A stretch of 64,000 bases of DNA, taken from Eledone cirrhosa. Taxonomy: Eukaryota. The notes beneath the pieces were generated by a model. The model had not been told where the DNA came from. It saw only the letters and a list, made by a program, of their open reading frames with translations, and did not search any database. Location: the NCBI GenBank assembly GCA_964016885.1, contig OZ024743.1, forward strand, positions 328,538,001-328,602,000, read 5' to 3'. Positions 57,582 through 64,000 of this stretch are shown piece by piece; the first letter of the stretch is position 1, and each line of letters opens with the position of its first letter. The translations under genes and the position numbers were made by a program.

Positions 57582-57584
<3 letters not shown>
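57307..57584 (-). mobile_element. Fold-back hammerhead element I
   Basis: Arms 57375-57460 and 57499-57584. Extension 57307-57374 with hairpin gctc-tatgtagctaca-gagc. (TA)n flanks. Confidence 0.82.
57487..57559 (+). ncRNA. Type I hammerhead ribozyme
   Basis: tttcatt-CTGACGA-ccgaagtcagac...gtctgtcttcgt-GAAA-cc(ttt)gg-TA-aatgaaa. 7-bp stem I, stem III ACC/GGU, GUA cleavage triplet. Confidence 0.85.
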
Positions 57585-57649
<65 letters not shown>

Positions 57650-58408
57650 TCATGGCTTGGCTTCGCGAACGAAGATTAGGAAGGTTGTCCACGTCGTCTG
57701 CAGGCACGCTCATGACTGACAAGTCCGATGCGGGAAAGACAGGTCCGTGAGCAGTGTCCACAGATGAAGGTAACGTCCGGTGTGGTGTCAGAGGCGGCTC
57801 GGGCCTTCCTTCTGCGTCTCTTGTCTTTTTGCGTGTCTCTTCTGTCTTCCTCAAACTCGCTGACCGCGTTGAAGATCGTGTGGCGCCGGGCATCACGGTC
57901 CGCAGCCAGGTCTGACCAGCATTGGTGGTCAACATGACATGCGGTGAGAGACTTTTTGAGGCAGTCTTTGTAGCGTTTCTTCGGGGCTCCTCTCTCTCGG
58001 TGGCCGGTGGAGAGTTCGCCAAACAGGGCAATCTTAGGAGGTGGTACTTCAGTAGCATGGCTTCAATGCTGGGGATCTCGGCCTGCTCCAGAACTTCAAC
58101 GTTTGTGACGAAGTCACTCCAGCGAATGTTGAGGATGGTGCAGAGACATCGCTGGTGGAAGCGCTCGAGGAGACGGATGTGATTGCGGTAGGTGACCCAG
58201 GTCTCCGAGCCGTAGAGGAGAGTGGTGAGAACCACGGCCCTGTAGACGCTGATCCTTGTCTTGTTCTTCAGGTTTTTGTTGTGCCAAACACGTTTGTACA
58301 ATCTGCCAAAGGAGCTATTTGCCTTAGAGAGTCTGTTGTCAATTTATTTGTCGATCCTTGCATCGGATGAGATGATGCAGCCCAGGTATGTGAACTGCTG
58401 TGTTGATT

Positions 58409-59734
58409 TCAGTTCGGTATCGCAGATAGTGTTGTAGGGTGGGCGGTATTCTTCTTGGGTGGGGGTGGGGGTGGGGGTGGGGGCTGGTGAAGAACCTCCG
58501 TCTTCTTGAGGCTAACCTTCAGGCCAAAGAGCCTTGAGGCGTCCGCAAAGCAGGACGTGATGCGCTGCAGAGCTCGCTCTGTGTGGGCGACGAGAGCAGC
58601 GTCGTCCGCGAAGAGAAGGTCTCGGATCAGCCTCTCCTGGGTCTTGGTATAGGCTTGGAGGCGCCGTAGATTGAAGAGGCTGCCATCCATACGGTACCTG
58701 ACATACACCCCATCCCCATCATCCAGATCCTCAGTTGCATGCTTGAGCATCATGCTGAAGAAGATGCTGAAGAGAGTCGGTGCCAGGACACAACCCTGCT
58801 TCACGCCATTGGAGATGGGGAAAGGCTCCGACAGGTCACCGTTGAGTCTGATCTGGCGGCACTGGTTCTCGTGCAGGTGGATCACTATCTGTAGAAACTT
58901 GGTGGGACAGCCAAGTCGTTCCAGGATGAACCATAGTCCTGTCCTGCTCACTGTGTCAAATGCTTTTGTGAGGTCGACAAAAGCAGCATAGAGTCCCTTG
59001 TTCTGTTCTCGGCACTTCTCCTGGAGTTGGCGGAGGACGAACACCATGTCCCTCGTGCCTCTGTTGGCTCTGAATCCACACTGTCTCTCGGAGAGGTTAT
59101 CTTCAGCGATGGTTGGTACGAGCCTGTTGAGCAGGATCCTGGCAAGTACTTTGCCAGCGATGGAGAGTAGGGTGATTCCCCGGTAGTTGGAGCAGTCAGA
59201 CTTTTCACCTTTGTTCTTGTACAGGGTTATGATGACGGCGTCGCGAAGATCCTGTGGCAGCTTACCTTGCTCCCAACAGCAGACAAGAAAATCGTGTAGC
59301 TTGTCGTGGAGCGTCGGACCTCCATTCTTCCAGATTTCTGGTGCGATGCTGTCAACTCCTGCTGCTTTGCGACTCTTGAGTTGTTCTATGGCTTCAGTCG
59401 TCTCTTCGAGGGTAGGTGGTTCGTCGAGCTCCTCTTTGAGTGGAAGTTGAGGAACGCGATGGATGGCAGCGTCCTGTACGGTGCGGTCAGCACTGAAGAG
59501 GCTTTGGAAGTGCCCGGACCAGAGAGCGAGGATGGAGGTGTTATCGGTGAGGAGGTCCTCTCCATCTGAACTGCGCAGGGGACTCTGGACCTGGTGGGTG
59601 GGGCCATACACTGCTTTCAGAGCCTCATAGAAGCCCCTATAGTCTCCGAGGTCAGCGCACAGCTGGGTTCTGCACGCCAGGTGGTCCCACCACTCGTTCT
59701 GTATTTCTCTGAGTTGCGCAGTAGGGTGCTGCAT
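58409..59734 (-). pseudogene. RT domain of the RTE LINE (part of a frameshifted single ORF, about 57700-60830)
   Basis: NYRGITLLSIAGK, QCGFRANR, FVDLTKAFDTV, GVKQGCVLAPTLF, LLFADD. Confidence 0.93.
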
Positions 59735-60231
59735 GCGCGTCGAAAGGTATATTTATTTACAGGACAGGTTGGTTGTGCAAGGTGGGCCTGATGAACTTCC
59801 CTCTTCTTTGCTAGTAAGTCCTGGATCTCCTTGTCATTTTCATCAAACCACTCCTTGTTTTTCTTTTTTGTGTGCCCAAGAACTTCCTCAGATGTCTTAA
59901 GGATGGCTGATTTCAGGTTCTCCCACAGGGTGTCTGGGGTGGGGTCATCAGTGCAAGGGGATTCGGCTAGTTTTTGCTGCAGGTCTGCTTGGAACTTTCA
60001 CTTCCTCCCGGCACAGGCTGCCGACGTTGAGTTTCTTTACGGGGTTACCTTTCTTCTTGGGTTTGGGTTTGAACTGCAGTTTTAGCTTGCAGCGGACGAG
60101 ACGATGGTCAGTGTGGCACTCTGCACTGGGCATCACTCTCGTGTGTAGAACATCTTTCAGGTCCCGTTGGCGCACAAGCACATAGTCAAGTAGATGCCAA
60201 TGTTTGTACCGAGGATGCATCCAAGTTGTTT

Positions 60232-60828
60232 TCAGGCGGTCTTTCTGTTGGAAGATTGTGTTGGTAATGGCAAGTTGGTGCTCTGTGCAGAACTCGAGCA
60301 GGAGGCGCCCGTTGTCGTTACAGCCACCAACGCCGTGTCTTCCAAGGACTCCTTTCCAGGCCTCAAAGTCCCTCCCAACTCTTGCGTTGAAGTCGCAGGG
60401 GTGTTGTTCAAGAGTCTGCGCAGATCAGAATAGAAACTGTCTTTGTCCGCAGGATCTGCCAGTAGCGTTGGAGCATAGACACTGAAGAGCGTGAGATGTT
60501 GTTTGCTCTCCAGTGGTAGGCGCATGGATATGATGCGGTCCGAGTGACCCGTGGGTAACGTTTCCAGATTGGAGGCGATGGAATTCCTCACCATGAGCCC
60601 TACACCCGACAGGCGTCTTCCAGATGATGGTTTCCCGGACCAGAAAAGGGTGTAGCCAGCGCCGCGTTCTTTGAGGCTGCCCTCGTCAGCGAAGCGGACC
60701 TCGCTGAGAGCTGCTATGTCGATGTTGAGGCGGGAGAGTTCATGGGCTATGAGAGTCGAACGACGTTCCGGGCGGCTGCTGTCAGCCTTGTCAAGCATAG
60801 TCCTGACATTCCAGCAGGCAACTTTCAA
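60232..60828 (-). pseudogene. APE endonuclease domain of the RTE LINE
   Basis: WNVRT, ALSEVR, GVG and SVYAPT. A deletion/frameshift near 60395 disrupts the ..LGDFNA motif. Confidence 0.9.
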
Positions 60829-61734
60829 GTCCTGCTTACTTTTCTTTAGTTTTGTTCGTTTGACCGCTCTGAAGATGCCCGTTGACCGCGGCTAGCCAAC
60901 TGGGTATAGAGGAGACGAACTTTGTTTAGGCGAACCTTTTCTACTGCCCCTCTCCATGTAGAGCAGGCAGTGCTCACCCTAGATAGGGCTGCCTGGTCGC
61001 TCAGGATGCTGCCGAGTGGTGTCGTCGCCTCCGGGTCGACAACCAAAGTCCTGAGCCGCCTACATGTAGGATCGAGACAACGGCTTCCAGTGACATCTTC
61101 CACCTGCCGCTTTCGCCCCTTTCCCATCACTGTAGGGCTTTTGGAATGGTTGGTCATAGAACGTGGACGTGTCCTTCGGCCTGCGCTGAGGAGTTTTAAG
61201 GTGAAGTGCAGTACGCGCAAACTGGCCCCACCCTTTAAGCACGAGGTTCATCTGCCATGGCCTAGCGAGCTGGGACGGTGACAGCGAGGTCCTCGGGCCG
61301 TAGGTTTGATGTCGGAGATCCCTCTTCAGAAGGCGTAATACTACCCGGTTGCCTAGGCTGAAATAGGGGGTTTACTTAGGGGACCCCACCCGGAGCCTTT
61401 GACTAAAAAGTCTGTCCACAAGGCAGCGGAGCGTGCTCAGGGAGTCGCACCCATTGGGAGACGATGACCAGTAGACCAGTTCATACGCCTTTGCTTGGTC
61501 GTTAACCAAACCGGGGTCCCAATGCTCCCGAAGTTCCATTTGAGCCGTTGACCAAATGGTTCTTCCGTCTCTTCTGGAATGCAATGCCTCGGGTGAGACA
61601 AGGGGGGGGGGGGCAGTGACCCTATTTAGTGGCGAGTCATGCTTGCCACGTCACAGTGCTGTTGCGGACATCTGTGGCTTTTTATAGGGAGAACGCTTGC
61701 CAGGCGTAAACCCACCACGTCCTGAGGCACTACC

Positions 61735-61808
61735 GCCGAACTTTTCGGTGGTCTAGGAGTAATCTTAGACCACCCAGCTGGCACCACGGGGAGGTAGTTC
61801 GGCATGCC

Positions 61809-61812
<4 letters not shown>
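61735..61812 (-). ncRNA. HDV-like self-cleaving ribozyme at the exact 5' end of the RTE LINE
   Basis: Minus strand: P1 acctggc/gccagct (one C-C mismatch), J1/2 at, P2 gccgaact/agttcggc, P3 acc/ggt, L3 tccccgt, P1.1 cc/gg, P4 gtggtcta/tagaccac, J4/2 cgaaa. Confidence 0.85.
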
Positions 61813-61859
<47 letters not shown>

Positions 61860-61860
<1 letters not shown>

Positions 61861-62383
61861 GGGATAACAAGTTATCGTTATAGGTAGTCCACTTAGATGT
61901 AGTCCAGTTAGAGTACTCCGAGTAGTGGATAGTATTAACGCTTGGCTAAGTTTGACTCAACAAGACGTTTCCATGGTGATGCTGCGAGTACGCGGTGATT
62001 TCTATGTAGTTTATACTTGGAGTAATAATAAATCAAGAAAGAAGAGTGACATGGTTTGCTATACAATAAGGGTTTTATTCACATTGCTGACAATTGTTTC
62101 TCTGAACTGGTAGGTCTAGAGATCGCTACCCGCCTGATTTTGCGTCAATCGATGCAAGGATATACACAGGCATGGTTACTATATATAGTAGCCATGCCTG
62201 TGTATATCCTTCATTCTCGCATGCTCTGATGAATAGACTGGTTATAACAAAATATTGGCGATCGATTGACGCAAAATCAAGCGGGTAGCGATCTCTAGAC
62301 CTACCAGTTCAGAGAAACAATTGTCAGCAATGTGAATAAAGCCCTTATTGTATAGCAAACCATGTCACTCTTCTTTCTTGATT

Positions 62384-62389
<6 letters not shown>
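61860..62389 (-). mobile_element. Nested fold-back hammerhead element J
   Basis: Outer arms 62025-62153 and 62261-62389. Inner palindrome 62156-62211 centred on tatatata. Extension 61860-62024 ending ggagta directly at the arm. (TA)n flanks. Confidence 0.85.
62218..62333 (+). ncRNA. Type I hammerhead ribozyme with about 80-nt stem II region
   Basis: tgct-CTGATGA-atagactggt...accagttcaga-GAAA-caattg-TC-agca. Palindromic stem III aCAATTGt, GUC triplet. The base of stem II is poorly paired. Confidence 0.72.
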
Positions 62390-62417
<28 letters not shown>

Positions 62418-62469
62418 CAAAACAAAACACAGGAAGCAAAATTAGACAGTTATATTAGGTTCACGCTTA

Positions 62470-62600
62470 TATATGTAGATCCCGAATTAAATCGGGACTA
62501 ACCGCAGTCAATAAAATACTCAATACATTAGTAGAGTGTAAACATCATTATTTAATATAGAAATGGCTTCTACAGGACTAGAACTGTTATCAGGATTACC
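62470..62600 (-). mobile_element. pLTR 3' end plus extension of the A/F family with stem II of the hammerhead deleted
   Basis: Minus strand cctgat|aacagttctagtcctgtagaagccatttctatattaaat...cactctactaatgtattgagta...cccgatttaattcggga aligns to 421-570 and 55311-55435. Confidence 0.8.
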
Positions 62601-62984
62601 AACGACTTACTATATCACCCTTCTTTAACTCTCCTTTAATTATCTTTTAACTCTTCTTTAACTCTCCTTCAACTCTTCTTTAACTCTTCTGCAGTCATTC
62701 GTAATGTAACGCTTATCTTCTCCTGGATCAAAAGGATTCAATTTCTGAGCAGATAAATGATGATTCTTAGCAGACGAGACATATTTCTTTACTGAACGTC
62801 ATCGCCCTAAACCCATCAATAACACACAAGTTCTTTGATAAAGCACAACGATAAATGTATAAATTACCACTAAAAAACTGAAGACATTGTAATTGATATA
62901 TATATATATATACAGTATATATATATATACAGTATATATATATATATATATACAGTATATATATACAGTATATATATATATACA

Positions 62985-63055
<71 letters not shown>

Positions 63056-63139
63056 TACATGGGTGTGTATGATTGTGTATAGAAGATTATATTAATAAAA
63101 GGAATTCCAACTTTGTCTGATTTACTCGTTTTATTTATA

Positions 63140-63172
<33 letters not shown>

Positions 63173-63264
63173 CAATTGCAATGTCTTCAGTTTATATATA
63201 TATATAAATATATATATAAGTGTGTGTGTGTGTGTGTGTGTAAATGATACGTATATATATATGA

Positions 63265-63320
<56 letters not shown>

Positions 63321-63419
63321 GCAAATAGACGGAGTGAGTGAAGAGGGAGGGAAAGAGAGAGAAAGGGGAGGGAGAGTGATTTATATATATATATATATAT
63401 AGTAATAATAATAAATTTG

Positions 63420-63570
63420 AAGACTAAAATCCAAAGAGGGCTCGATAATGATAAATATATATCAAATATATAAGAACCGTAGAGCAAATATTTATTAAAA
63501 TAACAGATTAAAGTTTAAGCAAAGAATCGCTGCTTTCACCCTTAACGGGATCTTCTGAAACTAACAAAGC
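63420..63570 (-). mobile_element. Decayed pLTR remnant with mutated hammerhead
   Basis: Minus strand CAGAAGA-tccc(gttaa)gggt-GAAA-gcagc followed by gctc...gagc. Confidence 0.4.
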
Positions 63571-63647
63571 CAATCTGTAAACGCAGAAGTGGATATTTCA
63601 AAAAACGTTGCAACCGGAGGAAGACGAAGACGATACTTTGGTTCGTG

Positions 63648-63928
63648 GAAACGTTCGCTGGCAAAGAACGGGAAAAAACGAATATAATACGTCATTAATA
63701 GGAGCGGTGAAAAACAATTACCTGCAAAGACAGAACCACGTTTATGGTATAAAAGAGGTCGTAGACTAATGTTCTCTTAGGTGGTGCATAGAGACGTTCT
63801 CTGGCAATGAACGAAAAAAAAAACGAAGATAATACGTCATATGTGAAGCGTGGAGAACAATAGCACGCAAAGACAAAACCACGTAAATGGTATAGCAGAA
63901 GTCGTAGACTAAAATTCTAACTAGGAGA
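63648..63928. repeat. Diverged tandem duplication, about 143-bp unit, 2 copies
   Basis: acgttc.ctggcaa.gaacg...taatacgtcat...gcaaagaca.aaccacgt..atggtata..aga.gtcgtagactaa at about 63648 and 63791. Confidence 0.85.
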
Positions 63929-64000
63929 CCGAATGAATCTCCGCTTCAGAGTTAAGAACAAATACAATACAGAAGTAATAGAAATAAATAAATACATACA

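Larger units (their letters stand above)
57646..61812 (-). mobile_element. Near full-length RTE-clade LINE (AviRTE/RTE-1-like), inactivated by indels
   Basis: About 4.17 kb, GC-rich, (TA)n on both sides, short (ATG)n tail. APE domain ACWNVRTMLD..RPERRSTLIAHELSRLNIDIAALSEVR and [16 protein letters not shown], then the RT domain. Confidence 0.95.

Noticed and set aside
58457-58483. G-quadruplex-like (ggggtg)n run encoding poly-Pro in the RTE ORF
   Set aside because: Most simply a slippage expansion or homopolymer sequencing error that causes the frameshift.

Overview
Gene-poor, repeat-saturated animal DNA, most likely an octopod cephalopod: several tRNA-derived SINEs resemble my recollection of the Octopus OR/OK SINE consensuses. 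No host protein-coding gene can be supported. Most ORFs in the track are translations of (TA)n, (CA)n, (TACA)n, (ACC)n and (AAC)n microsatellites. The real content is mobile DNA. It includes three Penelope-like element (PLE) coding remnants (a Naiad-type RT+GIY-YIG ORF, a second PLE RT and a GIY-YIG-only truncation), a stack of R4/Dong-clade LINE 3' ends plus a non-coding element nested in (TACA)n, and a near full-length RTE LINE with an HDV-like ribozyme at its 5' end. There are also an Expander/Rex3-like RTE relic, two CRE-like REL-endonuclease fragments, a Helitron-like element, a 16.5-kb 26-bp satellite and several minisatellites. The most striking signal is a set of about ten short, mostly non-coding fold-back elements from several sequence-unrelated families, all embedded in (TA)n. 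Nearly all carry a minimal type I hammerhead ribozyme and a one-sided 3' extension. In 8 of 9 inverted-repeat elements that extension starts with an ACTC (or GCTC) motif, usually closing a hairpin with GAGT/GAGC, 0-10 nt from the end of the inverted arm. The same architecture frames the coding PLEs, so the window shows a continuum from a 4-kb PLE to about 150-bp palindromic ribozyme elements. All of this was read by eye; no alignment, folding or database search was run.
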